The position numbers and the translations under genes are program-made. This document shows positions 36,205 through 44,750 of a stretch of DNA of 64,000 nucleotides, piece by piece. Location of the stretch: the NCBI GenBank assembly GCA_002327445.1, contig DCWA01000011.1, positions 13,945 to 77,944 of the forward strand. Reading direction: 5' to 3'. The stretch is from Desulfobacteraceae bacterium UBA2174. Lineage in GTDB: Bacteria; Desulfobacterota; Desulfobacteria; Desulfobacterales; UBA2174. The notes under the pieces are model-generated. The model was not told where the DNA came from. It saw nothing but the letters and a program-made list of their open reading frames with translations, and made no database searches. Every line of letters begins with the position of its first letter. Within the stretch, counting starts at the first letter, position 1.

Positions 36205-37403
36205 GTCAGCGGATCTCTCGCGCAAGCGAGGTCCTTGCGGTAAATGCGATAGCGCTTGTAGGACTTTCCGCCGATCGACTCGATGATCGCGCGCATTCCG
36301 ATGTTGTTCTCAAGTATCCAGGACGCCTCTACTTCTTCCAGGCCGCGGCGGCGCGCCGAATCCTGCAGCGAGGTGATCAGCAGCAGAGCCAGGATGGCCC
36401 CGAGACGGTTCCCCTGATAACGCCGCCGAACTCCCATCAGCGGCACACGGCCGGTTTTCACGCCGCCGACCTTGAGCCGCCAGAGCAATTTGAGCCAGCC
36501 CAGGGGGAACAGCCTGCCGTCCAGATCCCTGATCGCTTCGTTGAGATTGGGGAAAACCACCATCATTGCCGCCGGTTCGCCGTCAACTTCGGCGATGCGG
36601 ACAAAGTCGGTCGGTACGAAGAGTTTGAGGCTTTTCCCCAAATCGTTGAACTCCTCCGTGGTAAATGGCAGGAAGCCCCAGTTGTTGGCCCAGGCATCTT
36701 CGAAGATGTCCTTGAGGATTGCCAGGTCTTCCGTGAATTCCCGGCGACGCATCGGTCGCAGGCGTACCTGTCCGGCAACGCGTGAGTTCAGTGACTCAAG
36801 CTGACGGGGCGCGGCAAAGTCCGACCGGATGCGATAGGCCAAGAGATCCTGCTCGGCGGTAAACCCCTGTTCTTCGATACGCCGGGAATAATAAGGCAGG
36901 GCATGCCCCATCATGATGACAGGGGGCGTGTCGAAGCCTTCGACGAGCAAGCCGCATTCCTGATTGATCGAAAGGTTGAAGGGCCCCCGGATGCGTTTCA
37001 TGCCCCGTTCGCGCAGCCAGGCTTGAGCGGTATCGAAAAGGGCTTGAAAGACCTCCGGATCATCCTGTGCCTCCAGCATTCCGAAAAAACCGGTATGGTC
37101 GTCGTAGCGCTGCAGATGGAGCTGGTCCACCTGGGCGCTGATGCGTCCGACGGTTTTGTTTCCGCGCCGGGCGATCCACGCCTGAAACGTGGCGTGTTCG
37201 AAATAGGGATTGTTCTTTGAGAGATGCGCCCTGCGTTCGAGGAGCAGGGGAGGAATCCAGGCCGGGTCATGGGCATACAGCGATCCGGGAAGATGCAGAA
37301 ATTCGCGGCGTGCGGCCTTGTCGCCTACTGGCAGGATTTGCAGCCGGGCGGTTGAGGAAGTGTCCTTTTCGGCCGTTGCCGATTCATGGGGTCGGGTGGT
37401 CAT
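36201..37403 (-). CDS. GNAT-fold N-acyltransferase, bacterial ceramide synthase (bCerS)-like candidate
   Basis: 400 aa. ...FLHLPGSLYAHDPAWIPPLLLERRAHLSKNNPYFEHATFQAWIARRGNKTVGRISAQVD...GFFGMLEAQDD...GPFNLSINQECGLLVEGFDTPPVIMMGH.... The C-terminal GNAT core is ...GVRRRYQGNRLGAILAL.... The call rests on the fold pattern plus its position in the spt operon. Confidence 0.6.
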   Translation of the reverse strand: MTTRPHESATAEKDTSSTARLQILPVGDKAARREFLHLPGSLYAHDPAWIPPLLLERRAHLSKNNPYFEHATFQAWIARRGNKTVGRISAQVDQLHLQRYDDHTGFFGMLEAQDDPEVFQALFDTAQAWLRERGMKRIRGPFNLSINQECGLLVEGFDTPPVIMMGHALPYYSRRIEEQGFTAEQDLLAYRIRSDFAAPRQLESLNSRVAGQVRLRPMRRREFTEDLAILKDIFEDAWANNWGFLPFTTEEFNDLGKSLKLFVPTDFVRIAEVDGEPAAMMVVFPNLNEAIRDLDGRLFPLGWLKLLWRLKVGGVKTGRVPLMGVRRRYQGNRLGAILALLLITSLQDSARRRGLEEVEASWILENNIGMRAIIESIGGKSYKRYRIYRKDLACARDPLT

Positions 37404-37505
37404 GGGTATCCGAAAGTACCTTTCCTTGGAGGTCCGGGGAAGCAGCTCGGGGCATGGCCCGCAACCGCTTTCTCAATTTATTTCACCGAACCGGGACAGC
37501 GATCT

Positions 37506-38264
37506 TTATACCGCTCCGCGCATGGCGCCGGCCTGTCTTTCCGCGATGGCGCGCACCACTTTTGCGGCATGTTTCAGGTCCGCGGGGCAGTCGACCTCGC
37601 CCCAGAGCAGCCCTTCGATGCAGCAGGTCCAGACGGGCGTCTTCCGGGCCAGTTCGTCGATAACGGACAGATACCAGCGCTTGAGGGCGGCGGGATGACG
37701 CATGACATCTTCCACGGCTTGCCGGAACAGCTCCGGCCCCTCTCCGCGGAACAGCAGCATGCCGATGGACTCGGCGCGAACCTGGTCGAGGGGGAGGTCC
37801 TTGCCGATGCGTAGCAGGCGCGCGCCATCCAGAATGACCTTCATGTCATCGTCGTCATAGCGGTTTTTGCGATCGATGGTTACCGTTACCGGGCGCGGCT
37901 CGGAGGCAAGGAGGGTTTCCAGGACAGGGGCCTGAAAGAGGGTGTCGCCGTTCAGGAGGATGAAATCCTCCGTCATCTCGGACCGGGCGATCCAGCAGGT
38001 GCCCAGGTTGTCGGCCACGGAGTGGAAGGGATTGAAAAGGATGCGTACGCCGTCTTGTCCGTAGCGGTCCTTGAGCCGTTGCTCGACCTTGTCGGCCCCG
38101 TACCCGACCACGACGCAGATGTCTTCGACGCCGCACTTGATCAGTTCATCGATCTGCCATTCAACCATGGTCCGGCCATGAATGGGAACGATACACTTGG
38201 GCCGTTCAGCGGTATAGGGAAGCAGTCTCTTGCCCTGCCCTGCGCTGAGAATAATGGCTTTCAT
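37506..38264 (-). CDS. LicC-like phospho-alcohol cytidylyl/nucleotidyltransferase
   Basis: Track ORF 37506..38303, trimmed to ATG 38264 (GAGGAG RBS). MKAIILSAGQGKRLLPYTAERPKCIVPIHGRTMVEWQIDEL is a G-rich NTP loop. The C-terminal ...WYLSVIDELA...LWGEVDCPADL resembles LicC/IPCT-type enzymes. First gene of the minus-strand lipid operon. Confidence 0.7.
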   Translation of the reverse strand: MKAIILSAGQGKRLLPYTAERPKCIVPIHGRTMVEWQIDELIKCGVEDICVVVGYGADKVEQRLKDRYGQDGVRILFNPFHSVADNLGTCWIARSEMTEDFILLNGDTLFQAPVLETLLASEPRPVTVTIDRKNRYDDDDMKVILDGARLLRIGKDLPLDQVRAESIGMLLFRGEGPELFRQAVEDVMRHPAALKRWYLSVIDELARKTPVWTCCIEGLLWGEVDCPADLKHAAKVVRAIAERQAGAMRGAV

Positions 38265-38307
38265 GCTGTTTCGATCTCCTCTTCGTCTTGCGATAACCGG
38301 CAATTTC

Positions 38308-38337
38308 TTGTCGCCGGTAGCTTTAGTATGTTATAAT
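38308..38337 (+). promoter_or_regulatory. Candidate sigma70 promoter for lptF/lptG in the divergent intergenic region
   Basis: TTGTCG (38308-38313), an 18-nt spacer, then a perfect TATAAT (38332-38337). It lies in an AT-rich 165-bp gap between divergent operons. Confidence 0.4.
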
Positions 38338-38428
38338 CAAATTTTAACAATCTAGAGAAAATGTTGGTAAGAGTCAAGGGAATTGCCGTTGCGGGAACTT
38401 ACATTTATCTCTTGCAGACTCATTTGAA

Positions 38429-39523
38429 GTGTTTGGAGCCGCTTTGATTCTGGAGCGCTATATCGTAGGGGAAATTATGGCCCGCCTGGTGGCGGTCTGC
38501 GCGGTTTTGATCATGATTTTCGCCGGCTACAGCGCCGTCCGCTTTCTTAACGATGCGGTCAACGGCCTGCTTTGCGGCGAAACGGTTGTCGTCCTGGTCG
38601 GGCTCAAGGTACTCATAGCCCTTGAAGTGCTTCTTCCGGTCACGCTTTATCTGGCGGTTGTCCTTGCCTTGAGCCGCCTGCATGCCGACAGCGAGATGAC
38701 GGCCTTGGAGGCATGCGGCGTGGGTCCGGGGCGAATCGTCATCTCGGTTTTTTCCCTGGCGCTTTTCCTAGGCCTCGTGGTTGCCACCCTTTCGCTCTTC
38801 GTCCGTCCCCGGGCTTATGAGAAAATCTATGCCCTGGAAGCCAAGGGGAAGAATGACTTCGACATCGCCAAGGTTGAGGCCGGGCGGTTCTACGAGTTGG
38901 GCGAGGAAGTGGTCTTTTTTGCCGAAAAGCTCGATCCGGCTGGTAACCGGGCCGGCAATGTGCGGGTATGGGAGTTGGAATCGGACAGGCGGAAAGTGAC
39001 AACGGCCCGCGACGCCCACCAGATCGATGGTCCGGGAGAGGGACAAAAGGCCATCGTTTTCCGGGATGGCTACCGCTATGTGCTGAATCGGAAGACGGGA
39101 GCCGACCTGATTACCCACTTCAGCAAAAGCGTATTTCGGCTCGATACCGACCGGACCCCTCCCGCCGAATATCGCCGCAAGGCCGCATCGACGCTGCATC
39201 TGGCCCGCTCACCGGCGCCGGAGGATATGGCGGAGTTCCAATGGCGGCTTTCTACGGGCATTTCCACCGTCCTGATGTCCCTGCTGGCGATCCCCCTGAG
39301 CCGGGTTGCCCCGCGGCGCGACAAATACGGCAAAGTGACCCTAGCCATCGTGTTGTTCTTCGCCTTTTACAATCTTAACTTGATAGCCAAGACCTGGGTC
39401 GAAAAACAGGTGGTCGGCGCCGTGCCCGGCATATGGTGGGTGACGGCCCTGCTCGGCGTTCTGGTTCTGATCATGCTTCCGGGACGCAATCCCTTTCGCC
39501 GTCTTTTGGGGCGCCGCCCCTGA
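38429..39523 (+). CDS. lptF: LptF-like permease (YjgP/YjgQ family)
   Basis: 364 aa. ...ILERYIVGEIMARLVAVCAVLIMIF...LEVLLPVTLYLAVVLALSRLHADSEMTALEACGVG... is followed by a periplasmic beta-jellyroll-sized insert and C-terminal TMs. The GTG 38429 start is uncertain; a TTG at 38444 gives the typical MILERY... N-terminus. Confidence 0.7.
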   Translation: MFGAALILERYIVGEIMARLVAVCAVLIMIFAGYSAVRFLNDAVNGLLCGETVVVLVGLKVLIALEVLLPVTLYLAVVLALSRLHADSEMTALEACGVGPGRIVISVFSLALFLGLVVATLSLFVRPRAYEKIYALEAKGKNDFDIAKVEAGRFYELGEEVVFFAEKLDPAGNRAGNVRVWELESDRRKVTTARDAHQIDGPGEGQKAIVFRDGYRYVLNRKTGADLITHFSKSVFRLDTDRTPPAEYRRKAASTLHLARSPAPEDMAEFQWRLSTGISTVLMSLLAIPLSRVAPRRDKYGKVTLAIVLFFAFYNLNLIAKTWVEKQVVGAVPGIWWVTALLGVLVLIMLPGRNPFRRLLGRRP

Positions 39524-39542
39524 TCGGTGGGGAGTTTTTGCC

Positions 39543-40607
39543 GTGAAAATTCTCGACCGTTATCTGGCAGCCGTTTTTTTGCGCACATGGCTCAATGTCA
39601 ATCTTGTCCTGGCCGGGCTGCTCAGCTTTCTTGAGCTGGCCGGCCAACTGGACGACGTCGGCAAGGGGAGCTACAGCTCGAGCGACGCCCTGCTGTACGT
39701 TGCTCTGACCCTGCCGGACCGCATGATGGATCTGGCTCCGCCGAGTGCTCTGCTCGGAAGCATCGTCGCCCTTGGGCTGTTGTCCAAAAACCTCGAACTG
39801 CTCGCCATGCGGGCCAGCGGAATCTCGATCCAACGTGTCGGGTGGGCTTTTGCGAAACCTGCGCTTCTTACCCTTCTTGCCCTCCTGCTTGGCGCCCAGT
39901 TCGTCATTCCGTCCCTGGAGCAGACGGCCTGGACCCTGCGTGAAACCGCGCTTTCGGAGGCGGGAACCATTCTGCCGCGAGGGGATTTCTGGACGAGAAG
40001 CGCAAGGCGCTTTATAAACCTGCGCACCAGCAGGGAACACGGGACTCAGGCGGCCGACATCTACGAGTTTGACGAGGAGAGGAGGCTGACGCGCTATATC
40101 CATGCTCGGGAGACAAAGATCGGCCCCGAGGGGGAATGGGTATTGCACGGAGTGCGGCAGAAGATGATCACGGACCGGGGAGTGGCGGTGCGCGAAATCC
40201 CCCAGCTTGCCCTTCCCGGCCTGCTCACCAGCAAGGAGGCGGCTCAACTGGCGCTGCCACCGCAGACCCTCTCTTTGACGGAACTGGCCAGGGTCATCGG
40301 CAATCGGCAGAAACGGGGAGAAAATCCGGGGCGCTACCGGCTGGCGCTCTGGCAGAAGCTGAGCCTTCCGGTGATGACCGGCGCGATGATCATGATATCG
40401 CTTCCGTTTGTGTGCCGCTCGACCCGCGGTTCCGGTCTCGGCTGGCTCATCATGGTCGGGGCCATTACCGGTGTGGCGTTCTTCTTTCTCAATCAGATTC
40501 TTGGCTATACCGGCCTGATCCTCCAGATATCGCCCGCCTGGACAACTCTCGTTCCTGCTCTGGCGGTTCTGGCCGGCGGGGTTTTCCTGACGCGAAGGAT
40601 CCCCTGA
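39543..40607 (+). CDS. lptG: LptG-like permease (YjgP/YjgQ family)
   Basis: 354 aa, GTG start. MKILDRYLAAVFLRTWLNV...LPDRMMDLAPPSALLGSIVALGLLSKNLELLAMRASGIS.... No lptB-type ATPase is adjacent. Confidence 0.7.
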   Translation: MKILDRYLAAVFLRTWLNVNLVLAGLLSFLELAGQLDDVGKGSYSSSDALLYVALTLPDRMMDLAPPSALLGSIVALGLLSKNLELLAMRASGISIQRVGWAFAKPALLTLLALLLGAQFVIPSLEQTAWTLRETALSEAGTILPRGDFWTRSARRFINLRTSREHGTQAADIYEFDEERRLTRYIHARETKIGPEGEWVLHGVRQKMITDRGVAVREIPQLALPGLLTSKEAAQLALPPQTLSLTELARVIGNRQKRGENPGRYRLALWQKLSLPVMTGAMIMISLPFVCRSTRGSGLGWLIMVGAITGVAFFFLNQILGYTGLILQISPAWTTLVPALAVLAGGVFLTRRIP

Positions 40608-40634
40608 AAAGAGAGCCGACTTGCGGAGGATTCG

Positions 40635-41600
40635 TCAGGGATTGCGGGCAGGCAGGCGGATTTCCTTCTCCGCGCCGGCTATGAATGCGTGCTGCACTGG
40701 AGCATAGGCGCGAACGGCGAGACGCAGCCGCCAACCGTCTGCCGTGCGTTGAAAACGGCAAATGCGATAACGGGCCGTGCGCTTCGGGATGGGGCCGGCA
40801 TTGGATGCCGAGGGAACCCCGAGAACGGGGATAGGATGCCTCCCGGCGACGAGTTCATCCTCCTTGGAGACGTGGGCATGCCCGTGAAGAATCAGTTCCG
40901 CCCCTTGGCGGGCAACAACCTCGCCGAAAAGGCGGGCGTCGGTCAACCGCTTGCGCCAGGAGATACTGCCGGGAATCGGCGGATGGTGGATCAGGACAAT
41001 GCGCAGCAGGCCGAGCCGGCCGGTCCGCTCCAGCATTTCTTCGAAGCGCGCCAGTTGCCGGCGGCCAAGACTGCCCACGGCGACAAACGGCATGCTGGGG
41101 CGGGCGGATGAAAGACCGATCAATGCCACCGGACCTCGCACTCTCAAACTCGGATAAGCCCCGGCGCCGTCATCGTCTCCCGCCAGATAGGGGGCCCACC
41201 GGCTGAATGTGTCCTGCCATGAGGTGGCGACGTAGGCGTCGTGGTTGCCGGGGACCACCGTAACCTTTTCCGGCGGGCCAAGGCGCTTGAGCCACAGGGC
41301 TGCCTGACGGAACTCGTCCGGCAACCCCAGGTTGGTCAGATCTCCGGTTACGGCTACATGGTCCGGCGCCGCTTCGGCCAGGTCCAGCAGCAGCGCGTCA
41401 AGAACGTGCGGCGAGTGGATGTGGCGGCGGCGACACTGCCAGGAGAGATAGCCGAGCAGGCGTTTGTTGAGCAGCAAGGTGGGGCGTACCCCGGTCGGAG
41501 AAGAGAGATGCAGGTCCGATATATGGGCAAGAACAAACGTTTCTTTCTCCTTGTTCCCGGAAGTAGGGGCGGTTCGCGAACCGCCCCCTACGCGAAACAA
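40635..41600 (-). CDS. Calcineurin-like metallophosphoesterase; start codon unresolved
   Basis: Motifs are FVLAHISDLHL, AVTGDLTN, VPGNHD and ...LIHHPP...HGHAH. A strong AAGGAG (41552-41547) precedes the domain, but there is no ATG/GTG/TTG between it and HISDLH. The nearest in-frame start is TTG 41600, upstream of a palindromic hairpin. The track ORF extends to 41711. Confidence 0.7.
   Translation of the reverse strand: MFRVGGGSRTAPTSGNKEKETFVLAHISDLHLSSPTGVRPTLLLNKRLLGYLSWQCRRRHIHSPHVLDALLLDLAEAAPDHVAVTGDLTNLGLPDEFRQAALWLKRLGPPEKVTVVPGNHDAYVATSWQDTFSRWAPYLAGDDDGAGAYPSLRVRGPVALIGLSSARPSMPFVAVGSLGRRQLARFEEMLERTGRLGLLRIVLIHHPPIPGSISWRKRLTDARLFGEVVARQGAELILHGHAHVSKEDELVAGRHPIPVLGVPSASNAGPIPKRTARYRICRFQRTADGWRLRLAVRAYAPVQHAFIAGAEKEIRLPARNP
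41564..41590. repeat. GC-rich near-perfect palindrome (hairpin) in the 5' region of the phosphoesterase gene
   Basis: taggggcggttcg|cgaaccgccccc-ta has 12-13-bp arms and one extra C in the right arm. Confidence 0.8.
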
Positions 41601-42002
41601 CGGACACCCAATCGCAGGAAGGGTGAAGGATATTCTCAGACAGTGTCTTACGGCCGGACCAGGCGCCGAAACCCCTCCCCGCCTCGAGACTCCCCTTGCG
41701 AGAGGTACCAACCGCGGGTCCCGTCGTTTATCCGCGCCATGGAAGGAGTCTACCTATAACTATACCAGCTTGAGCCATAGATCAAGAGTCGCTTTGCTTT
41801 AAATTCGGTGCCATAATAGAAAAAAACCCGGCCTGCTTCGCCTTGACATATAAGGAACCTCTTGCTATGTCTTTCCTCAATAAACCGGGGTGACTCCACA
41901 GACTTTCCGGATTCCGGCGAAGGCCGGATCCAGAGGGGTTACCCATGGTTATTGAAATATTACCTCGCTGTGCTCTTGCATCAGCAAAACAGATAAAGAA
42001 AG

Positions 42003-43229
42003 ATGTCATCAAACATGGCCTTTAAACTGAATCATCTTGAGTACTACAGGCTTCCGTGGAATTACGCGGATAACGGCATTTCCTGGCTGGAGCCGACCAG
42101 TCTATGCAATCTGAGATGTAAGGGATGTTACAGAGACCCGAAAGGCCATAGGTCTCTGGAAGAGGTCCGTTCCGACTTGGCGGTCTTCCGAAAATTGAGG
42201 AAAAGCGACTGCATGAGTATCGCCGGAGGTGAGCCTCTCGTCTACCCTCATATTGTCGAAACGGTAAGAATGGTCAAGGAAATGGGTTGGAAGCCCATTG
42301 TGAACACGAATGGAGTTGCACTCACGGAATCTCTATTGAAGGACCTCAAGAAAGCGGGTGTCTTCGGTTTCACCTTCCATATCGATACGAGCCAGAATCG
42401 ACCCAATGTAAACGCGACAACAGAAACGGAGCTGAATGACCTGCGGTATCATTACACAAGCATGCTGGCCAGGGCCGGCGGGATCGCCTGTTCCTTCAAT
42501 GCCACGATATCGGAGAAGACCCTTGCGGAAATACCCAATATGGTGCGTTGGGCTCAAGAACACGCGAATATCGTCCATACCATGGTGTTTATTCTTTATC
42601 GATCCCCCAACCTGACAGGGGATTTCGATTTCTATGCACAAGGTCAAAAAGTCGATCCGGGCCTCATGTACCATGAAAGCGAGTGGGGAGGAGCGAAGCC
42701 GCTGATGGCGGAAGATGCCGTGGAGATGATTCGAAAAGCGGACCCTGCGTATGAACCTGCGGCCTACTTGAATGGGACCGCTAATCCGGATTCTCTCAAG
42801 TGGCTTTTGGCCAACCGAATCGTTTTCAATGGGAAGGTCATGGGGTACATGTCTCCCAAGCTCATGGAGTTGATCCAGACCTTTAACCATATCTTTACGG
42901 GCACTTACTTGTCTTACGCCACTCCCAAAAGCATGGCGCGAGGGAAACTTGCCTCGCTTTTCGGGCTTGTGGATCGAAAAATGAGGAAGGCCCTGGTCAA
43001 TGTAATGAGGGAGATCGTCTCCAAGCCGGCGACCATGTTCCGCCCGGCCCACCTTCAGAGCTTCATGATCATCCAACCCGTAAACTTCGAACCGGACGGA
43101 CGGCAGGACATGTGCGATGGTTGCCCGGATATCACCGTCCACGAGGGCAAGCTTGTCTGGAGTTGTCGGCTCGAAGAAATGAACCGGTTTGGTGCGTTTT
43201 TGCAAACCGTCCCCAAGAATAATCCATAA
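42003..43229 (+). CDS. Radical SAM protein (non-B12), HpnH/DUF3463-like C-terminal Cys motif
   Basis: 408 aa. WLEPTSLCNLRCKGCYR is the CxxxCxxC motif, and MSIAGGEPLVYPHIVE is SAM-binding. The C-terminus is ...DMCDGCPDITVHEGKLVWSC.... G+C is lower than its neighbours. Confidence 0.8.
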   Translation: MSSNMAFKLNHLEYYRLPWNYADNGISWLEPTSLCNLRCKGCYRDPKGHRSLEEVRSDLAVFRKLRKSDCMSIAGGEPLVYPHIVETVRMVKEMGWKPIVNTNGVALTESLLKDLKKAGVFGFTFHIDTSQNRPNVNATTETELNDLRYHYTSMLARAGGIACSFNATISEKTLAEIPNMVRWAQEHANIVHTMVFILYRSPNLTGDFDFYAQGQKVDPGLMYHESEWGGAKPLMAEDAVEMIRKADPAYEPAAYLNGTANPDSLKWLLANRIVFNGKVMGYMSPKLMELIQTFNHIFTGTYLSYATPKSMARGKLASLFGLVDRKMRKALVNVMREIVSKPATMFRPAHLQSFMIIQPVNFEPDGRQDMCDGCPDITVHEGKLVWSCRLEEMNRFGAFLQTVPKNNP

Positions 43230-43255
43230 AGCAGGACGACTTGGTCATGGAGCTT

Positions 43256-44323
43256 TCATAATCTGAAGAATTTTATTTGCCCTCCACTTCTGAGCGACAG
43301 CTCTCCACGCTGAGGGTCGGGAAGGTACAGTTGGCCGTCAAGTGTGAAGCCGCTTTGCATGAGAAGTCTAACGTCGCGGACGTTATGGCTTATGTACCCG
43401 TGGTCAGGGCTTCCCAGCCGACTCCTTCGACCCCTGATCAGGGATGGAATCGCCCGAAGGAGATGTTCTGCATCGGAGCGAACTACGGTAAGGTGCAAGG
43501 GGCCGGATTCGCTGCCCCAGTAGGGACGAATTCCCAGAAACAGACGCTCCAGAGTGGTGGCAAGGATGACCAGGGCATTTATGGGCCGCATCGGCATGCC
43601 GTCCAGGCTCATTCGAATGGCGGCCGGTGGGATGGTTCGTTTGTCATCGCCGACCGCGGCCAATAAGAACCGGCCCAAGGTAAGCCCTGCCGCCAGTTCA
43701 CCCCGCACGCCCGCCCGGTGTATCCGATTCAGGCAAAATTCGATCCCCTGATAAATCCCGCCGGCGCCGAAAAACATACCGTATAGGGGCTGAGCGCCGA
43801 CCGCCCCTTCTAAACGCAAGACGGGCCGTTCTACAATGGACGGCGCACCACGCCCGGAAGAGGACCACTCCAGAAGCCGAGACAAGGCCCGTAACCCTGA
43901 ACCCCTCAGCCCCACGTCTCTGGCAATCATGCTGGCCGTTCCCGCACGTAGGAGCGCCAACACCGGCAACCGATGTGGGCATCCGGTAGTAAACAGGGCG
44001 GTCAAGACCGCATGAATGGTCCCATCGCCCCCGTTCACCACCAGGAGATCCACCCCACGGCAAGCGAAATCTCGTACCGCCGCCGTCACTTGTTCGGGAT
44101 CAACGGCCTTTCGGTGCAAGACCCGGCGGTACCCGGAAAGGATCCGCTCTACAGGCTGCAACCCTTTTCGGTTCCCACCGCTCAATGGATTGCTGATGAC
44201 CCCGATACGGGGCCTCGTGGCGCCGGCAAGCCATTCGGGATCACCTGTGATCAAACACCCCGCATGGTTGAGCCTTCCGGTGTAAATCGTATCCTCCATA
44301 ATCCGATCACTCACGGGTTGCAT
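43256..44323 (-). CDS. DAGK-catalytic-domain lipid kinase (YegS / sphingosine-ceramide kinase family)
   Basis: 355 aa. RIGVISNPLSGGNRKG...DLLVVNGGDGTIHAVLTAL contains the GGDGT motif. ATG 44323 lies inside the first 83-bp tandem repeat unit, so the alternative ATG 44299 (MEDTIYTG...) may be the true start. Confidence 0.75.
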   Translation of the reverse strand: MQPVSDRIMEDTIYTGRLNHAGCLITGDPEWLAGATRPRIGVISNPLSGGNRKGLQPVERILSGYRRVLHRKAVDPEQVTAAVRDFACRGVDLLVVNGGDGTIHAVLTALFTTGCPHRLPVLALLRAGTASMIARDVGLRGSGLRALSRLLEWSSSGRGAPSIVERPVLRLEGAVGAQPLYGMFFGAGGIYQGIEFCLNRIHRAGVRGELAAGLTLGRFLLAAVGDDKRTIPPAAIRMSLDGMPMRPINALVILATTLERLFLGIRPYWGSESGPLHLTVVRSDAEHLLRAIPSLIRGRRSRLGSPDHGYISHNVRDVRLLMQSGFTLDGQLYLPDPQRGELSLRSGGQIKFFRL

Positions 44324-44487
44324 TTATGCCATTGGCTTGTTTTTAAAGATGAACGTCGAACATCGAACATTGAACGTTGAACATCGAATGAAAACTCGGG
44401 TTGCATCTATGCCATTGGGTTGTTTTTAAAGATGAACGTCGAACATCGAACATTGAACGTTCAACATCGAATGAAAAACCGGGTTGC
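44314..44487. repeat. 83-bp tandem repeat (2 units + 8-nt start of a third), each unit carrying five GAACRTY heptads
   Basis: The units at 44314-44396 and 44397-44479 differ at about 5 positions. Heptad arrays gaacgtc gaacatc gaacatt gaacgtt gaacatc lie at 44348-44390 and 44431-44473. Confidence 0.9.
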
Positions 44488-44492
44488 TTCTT

Positions 44493-44694
44493 GTTCCCAA
44501 GCTCCAGCTTGGGAACACAACTGTGCAGAAGCTCCAGCTTCGGTGACGCCGTTACCAAGCGAGAGTTTGGGAACGAGGGGAAAGACCACTTCGAGATCCT
44601 GGCGAGCTCCCTAGAAAGAAAGCGCGTTTCAGCTGTAGAAGGAGGGAAGCTGGAGCTTCCCGGGCAGGGCGTTCCCAAGCTGGAGCTTGGGAAC
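44493..44694. repeat. Segment with palindromic GTTCCCAAGCT(C/G)(C/G)AGCTTGGGAAC motifs and repeated TTGGGAACGAGGGGAAAG
   Basis: The palindromes are at 44493-44516 and 44671-44694. gggaagctggagcttccc is at about 44645-44662. TTGGGAACGAGGGGAAAG occurs at about 44566-44583 and 44686-44703. Confidence 0.85.
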
Positions 44695-44750
44695 GAGGGG
44701 AAAGTTTTAACCATCGCTGGGTCTCCCTAAGTTCCTTTTTCCCCATTCAC

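Noticed and set aside
41564-41590. GC palindrome as a rho-independent terminator
   Set aside because: No U-tract follows it on either strand, and it lies upstream of the RBS of the phosphoesterase gene rather than after a gene end.
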